Shown piece by piece: positions 46,076-53,830 of a stretch of 64,000 bases of DNA (positions are counted from its first letter, which is position 1; every line of letters begins with the position of its first letter). This stretch comes from a virus (Duplodnaviria > Caudoviricetes): positions 9,210 to 73,209 of the IMG/VR virus record IMGVR_UViG_3300022915_000001; one strand, 5' to 3'. Both the position numbers and the translations under genes were made by a program. The notes beneath the pieces were generated by a model, which saw only the letters and a list, made by a program, of their open reading frames with translations, was not told where the DNA came from and did no database searches.

Positions 46076-46515
46076 CGGCGCTCTCGCCCGAGGCCATCGC
46101 CGAGACCATCTACGTCAAGGCGTGCGAGGCCAAGCGCGGCTGGAATCCCACGGTGACGCCGCCGCGCCTGACCAACGACCAGAAGTGGGCGGCGGCGGTG
46201 ATCGCGTGGGGGCAGTTCCGCGCCGATTACCGCCGGTCTTTGAAGCGCCACGGCGAGTGGCACGAGGTCTGCGAGGGCATGGACGCCAAGATCCAGGCGT
46301 ATGCCTTGGAGGGCGGCGACGGCGGCGTGTCGGTCTGGGCCGACTACTGCGACGACTTCCAGTACGTCTGGGACGTGCTGGAGGCTATGGGCGCGGTCTG
46401 GGAGATACCGGACGAGGCGCAGGACGAGGACGACTGGCAGTGCGGCGGCGGCGAGACCGACGCCATCGAAGAGGTCATGGACATGGTGAACAGTCCCGGC
46501 TTCGAGCGCCGGTAG
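46072..46515 (+). CDS. Hypothetical protein
   Basis: ATGA overlap. Confidence 0.6.
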   Translation: MTALSPEAIAETIYVKACEAKRGWNPTVTPPRLTNDQKWAAAVIAWGQFRADYRRSLKRHGEWHEVCEGMDAKIQAYALEGGDGGVSVWADYCDDFQYVWDVLEAMGAVWEIPDEAQDEDDWQCGGGETDAIEEVMDMVNSPGFERR

Positions 46516-46584
46516 AGTGTCGCGGAGGGCGCAGTGACAGTGCGCCACGCTGGGATACTTTCCCGAGAAGAGGTGAAGGCAATG
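46516..46584 (+). repeat. Two-hairpin leader element, copy 7
   Basis: TCGCGGAG-GGCGCA/TGCGCC, CTGGGATACTTTCCC, GAGGTGAAGGCAATG. Confidence 0.85.
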
Positions 46585-47121
46585 GCAAAGTTTCAGGATT
46601 ACTACGACCAGGAGATTCCCCAGTGGGCGCTGGACATGGGGTTCAGCGACTGGAGTTGGCACGGCGATCTGGCCGCGATCATGAAGTGGGACCGGCATAC
46701 CGGCGTGGGCGCGGAGAACGGCGTGTCGCTCTGGGTAGGCTTCGAGATCGACAGCGACTACTTCGCTGGCTGCGAGAAGCAGCCGCGCTTCCAGGTGACG
46801 GTCGAAATCGGCCACTCGTCCACGACGTACCTGGAGACCGAGGACGAGGACGAGGTGCGCCGGTTCCTCCAGGAGCCGAGCGGCGCATTCCGGGCGGCGC
46901 TGGACGAGGCGAGGGCGGCTGAGGGGTACAACGGCGTGGCGGCGATGCTCTCCGACGCCAAGGCGGCACAGGAGATCTACTGGAGGGCGCTGGACGAGTT
47001 GGCGAAGCAGATGCGCTTTGCCTTCGACAACGACTCGATCACGCTGGAGCGCACCAAGGGCGCGGCGCTGCCGAGCCTTCCCGCGCTGGTGCAGCTGTAC
47101 GAACTCCACGAGGAGCGGTAA
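46582..47121 (+). CDS. Paralog family member 3
   Basis: IPQWALDMGFSDWSWHGD...TYLETEDEDEVRRFLQEPS. Confidence 0.7.
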   Translation: MAKFQDYYDQEIPQWALDMGFSDWSWHGDLAAIMKWDRHTGVGAENGVSLWVGFEIDSDYFAGCEKQPRFQVTVEIGHSSTTYLETEDEDEVRRFLQEPSGAFRAALDEARAAEGYNGVAAMLSDAKAAQEIYWRALDELAKQMRFAFDNDSITLERTKGAALPSLPALVQLYELHEER

Positions 47122-47190
47122 GCATCGCGGAGGGCGCACCGGCAAACTGTGCGCCGCTCTGGGATTCTTTCCCCTGAGGTGAAGACGATG
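47120..47190 (+). repeat. Two-hairpin leader element, copy 8
   Basis: AAGCATCGCGGAG-GGCGCAC/GTGCGCC, CTGGGATTCTTTCCC, GAGGTGAAGACGATG. Confidence 0.85.
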
Positions 47191-47436
47191 AAGTACAGAA
47201 GAACGGCTGAGAACCGGGAACGCGCGGCGCGAGCCGAGGGCGTGCTGCTCTCCTATGCCAAGTGGTGCAACGAGGAGGCCATCTCCGATTCGACCGTGCG
47301 TGACCTGATCCAGGACATTATGCACTGGGAGGCTTGCGAGAACAAGCTGACCGGCGACAAGGCGCGGGACTCCGTTTCGGCGGCGTGCGAGACGGCGTGG
47401 TGGGACTTCGCCAACGAGACGGGAGGGCGGTCATGA
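47188..47436 (+). CDS. Hypothetical protein, 82 aa
   Basis: SD plus ATG after the repeat. Confidence 0.65.
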   Translation: MKYRRTAENRERAARAEGVLLSYAKWCNEEAISDSTVRDLIQDIMHWEACENKLTGDKARDSVSAACETAWWDFANETGGRS

Positions 47437-47648
47437 CCGTGCGCGAGGTCTTCTTCGTAGAGGAGGTGCGGCGCGTCCGGTCCCGCTCGAAGGTGCGCGA
47501 CGTGTTCATGACCGTGGCCGAGGCTGCGGACGCGATCAAGGCGTGGGAGCGCGACGACGCCTTCGCGCTGGGGCCGTACAAGGCGGCGAAGATTCGCCGC
47601 CATATCGTGCGCGGCGTGGCCGAGATGCTTGAGGAGGTGTCCTGGTGA
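47433..47648 (+). CDS. Hypothetical protein, 71 aa
   Basis: ATGA overlap. Confidence 0.55.
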   Translation: MTVREVFFVEEVRRVRSRSKVRDVFMTVAEAADAIKAWERDDAFALGPYKAAKIRRHIVRGVAEMLEEVSW

Positions 47649-47944
47649 GGCGGCGCTGGCGCGAGGCGCTGGTACTGGCGGCTGGACCGGCGGCGGTCCT
47701 CGCCGCCCTGCTCTGGGCCTGGTCACCAGGCGCGGACCAGGCGCACAAGGCCGGCCGCGAAATCGCCGGCGACTGGCCGGCAGCCCTCGAGACCGACGCC
47801 GCGGCGAACGCGGCCGGCCTTGCCGGTTGCGTGACCGACTGGGAGTGCGAGCTCGCCGAACGGGCGGCTATCGCCGCTTTCGAGATCCTATGCTTCGAGG
47901 GGAAGGTTCCCTGCATCGACCGCAGGAAAGAGGTGAAGAAATGA
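47645..47944 (+). CDS. Hypothetical protein with an N-terminal hydrophobic segment
   Basis: ALVLAAGPAAVLAALLWAW; GTGA overlap. Confidence 0.5.
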   Translation: MRRRWREALVLAAGPAAVLAALLWAWSPGADQAHKAGREIAGDWPAALETDAAANAAGLAGCVTDWECELAERAAIAAFEILCFEGKVPCIDRRKEVKK

Positions 47945-48318
47945 TGACAACGAAACGGGCGTGGACGCTGATGTACCGCGCCATGCGGACGGGCCGGTCC
48001 TGCCAGACGGCTGCCGGGGATTACCGGGAGTGGTGTGCGCGGGACTTCTACGGGAACCGGCCCGAGGGCGTGAGCGAGGAGGCGTGGCGTGCCTTCTGCG
48101 ACTACGCCGAGGAGGAGGCCGACTGTGCGCGGCGCGGCGTCAGGCGGCTGCTCTGGAAGGCCACGTACCTGAACGCCGGGGGCAAGGTGCTCTCGCGCTA
48201 CGGCCAGTGGTACAGCGTGTCCGATTATCTGGGAGCGCCCGAGCGGCATCTCAGGATCGAGGCGAGCTTCGCCCAGCGGCTCAAGCGGTGCGCCGAGATC
48301 GCACGGGAGATCCAGTGA
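47941..48318 (+). CDS. Hypothetical protein, 125 aa
   Basis: SD GAGGTGA. Confidence 0.6.
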   Translation: MMTTKRAWTLMYRAMRTGRSCQTAAGDYREWCARDFYGNRPEGVSEEAWRAFCDYAEEEADCARRGVRRLLWKATYLNAGGKVLSRYGQWYSVSDYLGAPERHLRIEASFAQRLKRCAEIAREIQ

Positions 48319-48539
48319 TGGACGCCCACGATTCCCGGCAGGACTACGGCACGCCCGAGGAGATCATGGCGTGGGTCATGGCGAAGCCGGTCAACCGGCG
48401 CGTGCGCGTGCGGTGCGGCTCCTGCTACGCGCAGGATCTGGAGACGTGCGCTCACCAGCCTGACCGAGTCAGGTGCGGCTACTGCTACGCCCGAGGGGAG
48501 CAGCACTGTCCGCACGCAGGCGCACTCACGGGCGGCTGA
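48318..48539 (+). CDS. Cys-rich microprotein
   Basis: CGSC...C...CGYC...C. Confidence 0.55.
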   Translation: MDAHDSRQDYGTPEEIMAWVMAKPVNRRVRVRCGSCYAQDLETCAHQPDRVRCGYCYARGEQHCPHAGALTGG

Positions 48540-48552
48540 ATGATCGTGCCGC

Positions 48553-48605
48553 AAATAAAAGTTGCGGCGGGTATTTGAAAGTGTCATCATCATAGAGAGG
48601 TGAAG
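48553..48605 (+). promoter_or_regulatory. Sigma70-like promoter (copy B of a repeated promoter)
   Basis: AATAAAAG-TTGCGG-17-CATCAT...GAGGTGAA; aligns with copy A. Confidence 0.55.
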
Positions 48606-48608
48606 TTC

Positions 48609-48785
48609 ATGTTTGGAAAACGGTTCGACAAATTCTCCGAGGCCGAGCAGACGCTGATCGCGTCCGCGCTGGGCATCGCGATTTCGTATTGGCAGATCGA
48701 TGCGGCTGCCGCGCCGGTCCTGGCCGAGAGTTTCGGCAAGTTTACCGGCGAGGCCCAGAAGCTCCGCGAAGAGTTGGGGTACTAG
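48609..48785 (+). CDS. Hypothetical protein, 58 aa
   Basis: SD plus ATG. Confidence 0.55.
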   Translation: MFGKRFDKFSEAEQTLIASALGIAISYWQIDAAAAPVLAESFGKFTGEAQKLREELGY

Positions 48786-48789
48786 GGCG

Positions 48790-49029
48790 ATGGCGAAGCG
48801 CACCTATGTACATGGCGAGTGCTTTGGGAGCGTGTTCCGCTTCTCGCAGACCAAGTGGCGGCTCATGCTGAAGGAAGTGGCCGCTGGCCGGGACGTGGAC
48901 TACGCCAAGTACGGCGTCGAAGTGGCCGTGATCGATCACCACATAACGGACCTCTGGCAGGAGGACGCCGTCGAACTCCTGAAGGATTCGACCATGCGGC
49001 TGACCAAGAAACAGAGGCGCGGCGAGTAG
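48790..49029 (+). CDS. Hypothetical protein, 79 aa
   Basis: Protein-like and packed. Confidence 0.55.
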   Translation: MAKRTYVHGECFGSVFRFSQTKWRLMLKEVAAGRDVDYAKYGVEVAVIDHHITDLWQEDAVELLKDSTMRLTKKQRRGE

Positions 49030-49030
49030 G

Positions 49031-49106
49031 AAAGCATCGCGCGTGCGGCACTGATTCGGACAGTGCCAATCGCGGGACATTTTCCCGAGGTGAAACAACA
49101 GCAATG
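49031..49106 (+). repeat. Two-hairpin leader element, copy 9
   Basis: AAGCATCGCG...GGCACTG/CAGTGCC, GCGGGACATTTTCCC, GAGGTGAAACAACAGCAATG. Confidence 0.8.
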
Positions 49107-49391
49107 GTATTGACGATTTTGCAATGGAGGGCTTACGGAGACGACGAGGACTGCCTCAGTGTCGCGCTCTACAACGACGACGCGAGCACCGATCACGGGT
49201 TCGATCAGGCGCGGCGTCTGGCGAAGCGGGAAGCCAAGCAGCACGGGCTGCGCTACGATCCCGACGCCGAGAACATGGGCGATGAACCGGACGATCTGAT
49301 CTTCATCAACTCGCTGACCTACGACGACGGCGAAGTGCTGAAGGCCAACAACGGCAAGAAGTACAAGATCCGTTTCGAGGAGGTGCAGTGA
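49104..49391 (+). CDS. Hypothetical protein, 95 aa
   Basis: SD plus ATG after the repeat. Confidence 0.65.
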   Translation: MVLTILQWRAYGDDEDCLSVALYNDDASTDHGFDQARRLAKREAKQHGLRYDPDAENMGDEPDDLIFINSLTYDDGEVLKANNGKKYKIRFEEVQ

Positions 49392-49846
49392 TGGACAGGC
49401 AAAGATACCTGACGCGCAAGGACGAGAACGTGGGCGTGGGCGAGTTCGACAGTATCGCGTGGGCCTTCGAGGTCCACGTCAAGCAGCCAGACCGGCCCGA
49501 GCTTCAGTTCGCCGTGATGCACGGCCACAACGAGGACGCGCCCGACTACATCGACTTCTACCAGCAAGCCGAGCCGTCGTACTTCGACGTACCGGCCTTG
49601 ACCTGGCGTGCCGAGGCGGCCAAGATCCTCGCAGGCGACGAAGGGGACGATCCGCTGGCCGAGTGCCGGCGGCTCCTGGAGGCGGCGCAGGACGCGCAGT
49701 ACGCCTACGAAGATGCGCTGGGCCGTCTCGAGCGCGGCATGGAGAAGGTATTCGGCGAATCGCTCGAGATCGAGGGCGAGGATATCTCCGAGGGCGTGGA
49801 CCTCGAAGACCTGATCGCGCAGCACGGACTGGAGATGCCCAAATGA
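49388..49846 (+). CDS. Hypothetical acidic protein
   Basis: GTGA overlap. Confidence 0.65.
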   Translation: MMDRQRYLTRKDENVGVGEFDSIAWAFEVHVKQPDRPELQFAVMHGHNEDAPDYIDFYQQAEPSYFDVPALTWRAEAAKILAGDEGDDPLAECRRLLEAAQDAQYAYEDALGRLERGMEKVFGESLEIEGEDISEGVDLEDLIAQHGLEMPK

Positions 49847-50439
49847 GCGCGACGAAGGAGTGGCATTTCTTCTACGATCACGCGCCGTTCTCGTTCAACC
49901 GCGCCAAGGAGACGCAACTCGAAGGCAGGATGCGGTGCGCCAACGAACTGATGATGGCCGAGGAGTACGCCAAGGAGTCCGACTGGGAGTACGACTGGGA
50001 TATCGATCCCGACGCCGAGCCGGTCGATCCCGCCGACAAGGACGAGGCCGGGGAGGCGCTCTACTGCCGGTTGGTAAACCGCCACGGTCTGGTGCTCGAA
50101 TCGCTCTACGGGATCTGGGAGCCGACGAAGGAGTACCGGCGCGTCGTGGAAGCCGAGCTTGCGCTGGAGGCGATGGCACGCGAACTGGGAATGGCGCGGC
50201 CCTGCGGGCAATGCGGCCGGCCGGTTTCCAAAGGGCCGGTTGGCTACGACGAGGAGTGCCGGTGCGCCGAGCACGGCGGCGAGACGACGCCGGTCCCGCT
50301 GACCGACGACGATCTGTGCCTGCTGATTACCGGCTGCGACGATCACGAGGGCCAGGAGTGCTTCGAGGAACTGGGGAGGCGCTTACGGGCGGCTCGCGTC
50401 GAGTTCCGCGTGCGCCGCCGGGGAGCGTTGAAGCGGTAA
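49843..50439 (+). CDS. Hypothetical protein with a zinc finger
   Basis: ATGA overlap; CGQC...CRC. Confidence 0.65.
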   Translation: MSATKEWHFFYDHAPFSFNRAKETQLEGRMRCANELMMAEEYAKESDWEYDWDIDPDAEPVDPADKDEAGEALYCRLVNRHGLVLESLYGIWEPTKEYRRVVEAELALEAMARELGMARPCGQCGRPVSKGPVGYDEECRCAEHGGETTPVPLTDDDLCLLITGCDDHEGQECFEELGRRLRAARVEFRVRRRGALKR

Positions 50440-50510
50440 GAGAGTCGCGGAGGGCGCACTCGCGGTGAGTGCGCTCCGCTGGGATTCTTTCCCGTTGAGG
50501 TGAAGACATG
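50440..50510 (+). repeat. Two-hairpin leader element, copy 10
   Basis: TCGCGGA-GGGCGCACTC/GAGTGCGCTC, CTGGGATTCTTTCCC, GAGGTGAAGACATG. Confidence 0.85.
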
Positions 50511-50891
50511 AATGAGAAGAGACTCGCCGAGGCGGTGCTCGATTGGATGGCGAACAACCAGCCAGCGGAACGCAAGAAGCAGTGCGCCCATTGCGCGAAC
50601 ACTGCCGCGCAAGGCAGCGCGTTGTGCGACGACTGCATCGCCGCCAAGCTGGGACCGGACGTGAGCGTGGGGGCCTGGTCCAGGATTTCCGAGATGCCGC
50701 CCAAGGACTGGCGGCTGCGCTGCGCCATGTGCGGCGCTCTGGACGGCCTCGCGCACCACGATGCCATGCAGAACGGCGTCGTCGTGGCGCTGCGCCGCAG
50801 CCGGTTGCGGAACCGCTGGGAGTGCCAGCCCTGCAACGCCGGGATGGCGGCGCTCAGGCGCGACGAGAAGCGAAAGAAGGCGGCGAGATGA
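50508..50891 (+). CDS. Double zinc-finger hypothetical protein
   Basis: CAHC...CDDC; CAMC...CQPC. Confidence 0.65.
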   Translation: MNEKRLAEAVLDWMANNQPAERKKQCAHCANTAAQGSALCDDCIAAKLGPDVSVGAWSRISEMPPKDWRLRCAMCGALDGLAHHDAMQNGVVVALRRSRLRNRWECQPCNAGMAALRRDEKRKKAAR

Positions 50892-51130
50892 CGGTGAAGT
50901 GCGAGTGCGGCGAAGTCTACGGCTTCGCCTGCGCTTGGGAAGGGCCGGTGGACGAGACGTGCGTCGTCGAGTGGATGCCCGAGTACCTGCGGGCGAACCA
51001 TGAGAACGCCGGGAACCCCGGCGTGTACCCGATGAATGGCTCGATCCGTATGCGGGTCGAAGAGGAGTGCGCGGAGAATATCCTGCGCGACGATCCCGAG
51101 TGGGCGGCCATCGTGGAGGAGAAGTCATGA
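50888..51130 (+). CDS. Hypothetical protein, 80 aa
   Basis: ATGA overlap. Confidence 0.55.
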   Translation: MTVKCECGEVYGFACAWEGPVDETCVVEWMPEYLRANHENAGNPGVYPMNGSIRMRVEEECAENILRDDPEWAAIVEEKS

Positions 51131-51360
51131 CGACGATTGACAGACGGCTGGTGCGCGAGACGGCGGTATACAAGCGGGACGGCGGGCGCTCACGGGCGCT
51201 GGTGATCGAACTCTACCCGACGCACCTGGCATTGCGCGGCAAGGGTTCGCCGCGGCGGCTGCGCGTGCCATACGACGCGATCTATGACCTCGCGTCGAAG
51301 CTCCTCGCCAGGGCCGAGCGTGCCGAGAAGGCAGAGAAGAAGAAGGGAGGAAAGCGATGA
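51127..51360 (+). CDS. Hypothetical protein, 77 aa
   Basis: ATGA overlap. Confidence 0.6.
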   Translation: MTTIDRRLVRETAVYKRDGGRSRALVIELYPTHLALRGKGSPRRLRVPYDAIYDLASKLLARAERAEKAEKKKGGKR

Positions 51361-51554
51361 CCTACTGGCTCAATATCCACTGGGCAGACGGGACCGAGTC
51401 CAACTACAGCGATTCTCAGACGCCGGTCTACAAGACACGGGCGGCTGCCCTGAAGAACGGCGCCGAGTGGAGCGAAGCGACCGGCTGCCCAGTCTACGTG
51501 ATCGGGGAAGGCACGGTAGTGGCCGAGTTCCGCGAGGGAAAGGAGGTGCGATGA
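51357..51554 (+). CDS. Hypothetical protein, 65 aa
   Basis: ATGA overlap; SD GGAGG. Confidence 0.55.
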   Translation: MTYWLNIHWADGTESNYSDSQTPVYKTRAAALKNGAEWSEATGCPVYVIGEGTVVAEFREGKEVR

Positions 51555-51724
51555 GCACCAGGAAAGCGAAGCCTAAGAAGCGGGGACGCAAGAAGGGAGA
51601 TCCCACGAACAAGGGGAGACCGGCGGGACTGACGGTCCCGTGCTGGTGGGGATGCGGCGAGGTGATCAGCGGCGTGACGCTGCGGCCTCACTGGCGCAAC
51701 TGCCCCAACCGGCCAGCGAGTTAG
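51551..51724 (+). CDS. Basic microprotein with a zinc-finger-like C-terminus
   Basis: KKRGRKK...GRP...PCWWGCGEVISG...HWRNC. Confidence 0.55.
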   Translation: MSTRKAKPKKRGRKKGDPTNKGRPAGLTVPCWWGCGEVISGVTLRPHWRNCPNRPAS

Positions 51725-51770
51725 AAAAACAAAAAGGACGGCGGCCCAGCGAGGGTATCACGCCGTCCTT
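51722..51770 (-). terminator. Rho-independent terminator (minus strand; possibly bidirectional)
   Basis: AAGGACGGCG/CGCCGTCCTT 10-bp stem followed on the minus strand by TTTGTTTTTC. Confidence 0.6.
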
Positions 51771-51817
51771 CGTTGTTATGTGGAAGTCCGCTCAGTGTAC
51801 AACAAAAGGAGAAGGAC

Positions 51818-52000
51818 ATGGCACAGAAGAAGAAAGACCTGGAGGTTCTGCGCGAGTTCATCGAAGAGGCGGCTGTTTCGAGGGAGCAGTTGAACGACGA
51901 TCCTGCCCCGGCCTCCGAGCGCGTCCAGGACACCGCCTGGTCCGATGCCTTCTGCGCCGGTTGCGGCCGGCCTTGGGTGAATTGCGATTGCGACAGGTAA
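51818..52000 (+). CDS. Zinc-finger microprotein
   Basis: SD AAGGAGAAGG; FCAGCG...CDC. Confidence 0.5.
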   Translation: MAQKKKDLEVLREFIEEAAVSREQLNDDPAPASERVQDTAWSDAFCAGCGRPWVNCDCDR

Positions 52001-52009
52001 GATAGCGGG

Positions 52010-52309
52010 ATGCCTACCAGTCTCACGCTCACGCTCCGCTGCCAGAACAAGTCGCTCTCGCCGTCGATTCCGGTGACCGGCACGCCCAGTGCCGAGGGCG
52101 TGAACGTGCAGTTGCAACTGATGAGCGCCGGCGCCGTGGCAACGGCGGCGTCCGTCCAGATCACCGTGCCGATGGTGAGCGACACCTTCGTGATGGGCGG
52201 CTACTACGCCGTGAACATCATCGACGGCGCGGCCCCGAGCGGCGCTAGCGTGTGTCCTGATCCTGTCCCACAAGCAGCGGCGGCGAAGGCCCCTCCCCCG
52301 GCAAAATAA
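52010..52309 (+). CDS. Hypothetical protein, 99 aa
   Basis: ORF track; beta-rich. Confidence 0.5.
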   Translation: MPTSLTLTLRCQNKSLSPSIPVTGTPSAEGVNVQLQLMSAGAVATAASVQITVPMVSDTFVMGGYYAVNIIDGAAPSGASVCPDPVPQAAAAKAPPPAK

Positions 52310-53057
52310 CCGTCACCACGGGCGGCTGGTCGAAGACACGCGCGGCGATGGCCTGGTCTGCCATGAGGCGCACGATATTCGGATCGTTGGTAGTGGTGGA
52401 GAGGTGGCCGAGGTAGAGGTTGTGCGTGCGCGAACTCATGTGATCGGTGATCCACTGACAGGCGGCTGAGTTGGACAGGTGGAACTTCGAGATGCGCTGC
52501 TTGAGCGTGTAGGCGTATGGGCCGGCAGCCAGCATATCGGGATCGTGATTGGATTCGAGGAGCAGGAAGTCGGCCATCGCGAGGTACTCGCCGAGGTGCG
52601 AGTCGATCTCGCCGAGGTCCAAGGCGAACGTGGCGCGGTTCCCCTCCCTGTCCGCGACAGTGAACCCCAGGGGATCGCCGCAGTCGTGCTTCACCGTGAA
52701 CGTCTCGCAGTGGAACGCGCCTACCTCGAAGGTGTCGAACTGCGCGACGTTCCGATACCAGTGCGGCGAGATGCCCTTCTTCAGCGCATCGTAGGTGCGC
52801 CACGTACAGTAGACCGGCACGAGCCGGCCGGCACGCCGCCAGTGCCTGACGAGGTTGGCGAGGCCCCCGGCGTGATCGAGGTGCGGATGCGTGACGAGGA
52901 CCGCGCTGATCTCGTCGAGGTCTTCGCCGATGGCTTTCAGGCGGGCCCGGGTATCGGCTACCGACAGACCGGCGTCGATCAACAGGCGGGTGCCATCGCT
53001 CGAGACGAAGGTCGAATTGCCGGCGCTGGACGTGGCGAGGACGGAGATCTTCATCAT
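52245..53057 (-). CDS. Metallo-beta-lactamase-fold hydrolase (YycJ/WalJ-like nuclease)
   Basis: LATSSAGNST, LLIDAG, THPHLDHAGG (HxHxDH), VKHD, ESNHD...H...HLS. Confidence 0.9.
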   Translation of the reverse strand: MMKISVLATSSAGNSTFVSSDGTRLLIDAGLSVADTRARLKAIGEDLDEISAVLVTHPHLDHAGGLANLVRHWRRAGRLVPVYCTWRTYDALKKGISPHWYRNVAQFDTFEVGAFHCETFTVKHDCGDPLGFTVADREGNRATFALDLGEIDSHLGEYLAMADFLLLESNHDPDMLAAGPYAYTLKQRISKFHLSNSAACQWITDHMSSRTHNLYLGHLSTTTNDPNIVRLMADQAIAARVFDQPPVVTVILPGEGPSPPLLVGQDQDTR

Positions 53058-53260
53058 CCTCCAATGTTCCTGATGACGCCGATGCGCGTGCGGCTCTCCT
53101 CGATCAGGCGGCTGCCGCGCTCGTCGTATTCGCTCTGGGTGATCCTGCCTCCGCGCAACTCCCAATAGAGTCGGGCCAGCGCGGCGGCCACGTCGTCGGG
53201 CATGAAGTAGAGCGTGTTCGACGAGATCGTCGGATCGGTTGCAATCTTGGGGAAGTCCAT
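53054..53260 (-). CDS. Hypothetical protein, 68 aa
   Basis: GAGGTGAAAGATG; ATGA overlap with the MBL gene. Confidence 0.6.
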   Translation of the reverse strand: MDFPKIATDPTISSNTLYFMPDDVAAALARLYWELRGGRITQSEYDERGSRLIEESRTRIGVIRNIGG

Positions 53261-53506
53261 CTTTCACCTCTAAAACGGGAGGCGTGCGCGAAACTGGAAC
53301 GGGTCCGCGCACGCCCTGGTGACGCGCAGCCCTCCTCCGAGACGGCTGTGCGGCATATCGATATTACCAGTGCTCCGCATTGTCGTGGCACACGCGCGAA
53401 CAGTAGCCGCGGTGACTGCCCGAGAAGTGCCAGCGGGGGCAGCCGATACACGGCTGGTAAGGGAACCACCGCAGGTATCGGCGCCAGAACAGGCGGCTGA
53501 GGTGTC

Positions 53507-53830
53507 TCATGCCGCCGCTTTCTGAAGCGCCGCGATCAGCGCCTCAGGGGTAGCCTCCGGGTTGGCGCTCATCATCCACTCGCCGCCGTGGCCGTCGATC
53601 ACGCCATACGGCCATCTCCAGAAGAAGACCACGATGGTGAACGGCGGCACGCTATCGATGGCTTCGCGGTGCGGGTTCAGTTCCAGGCTCCAGTTCTTGT
53701 CCAGCCGGTGCTTCCAGATGCCGGGGAACTGGTTGAGCGGAGCCGCGCCGAGCTTGGCGGTCAGCTTGGCTATCGCCTCCCAGACCAGCCAGTGATTGGA
53801 GTGCCCCTCAGGCGGCTGTTCCGGGTCCAT
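53507..53830 (-). CDS. Hypothetical protein, 107 aa
   Basis: Trp-rich and protein-like. Confidence 0.6.
   Translation of the reverse strand: MDPEQPPEGHSNHWLVWEAIAKLTAKLGAAPLNQFPGIWKHRLDKNWSLELNPHREAIDSVPPFTIVVFFWRWPYGVIDGHGGEWMMSANPEATPEALIAALQKAAA

Noticed and set aside
40573-50510. Integron attC sites (hairpins between small genes, tyrosine recombinase nearby)
   Set aside because: No RYYYAAC/GTTRRRY core sites or extrahelical-base pattern, and the recombinase lacks an evident IntI-specific insertion.
41393-50510. Hairpin elements as simple Rho-independent terminators
   Set aside because: No U-tract follows hairpin 1, and hairpin 2 runs directly into the Shine-Dalgarno sequence.
52245-53057. 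Beta-lactamase resistance gene
   Set aside because: The motif pattern (GNST...ESNHD...HLS) fits YycJ-like nucleases, and there is no signal peptide.
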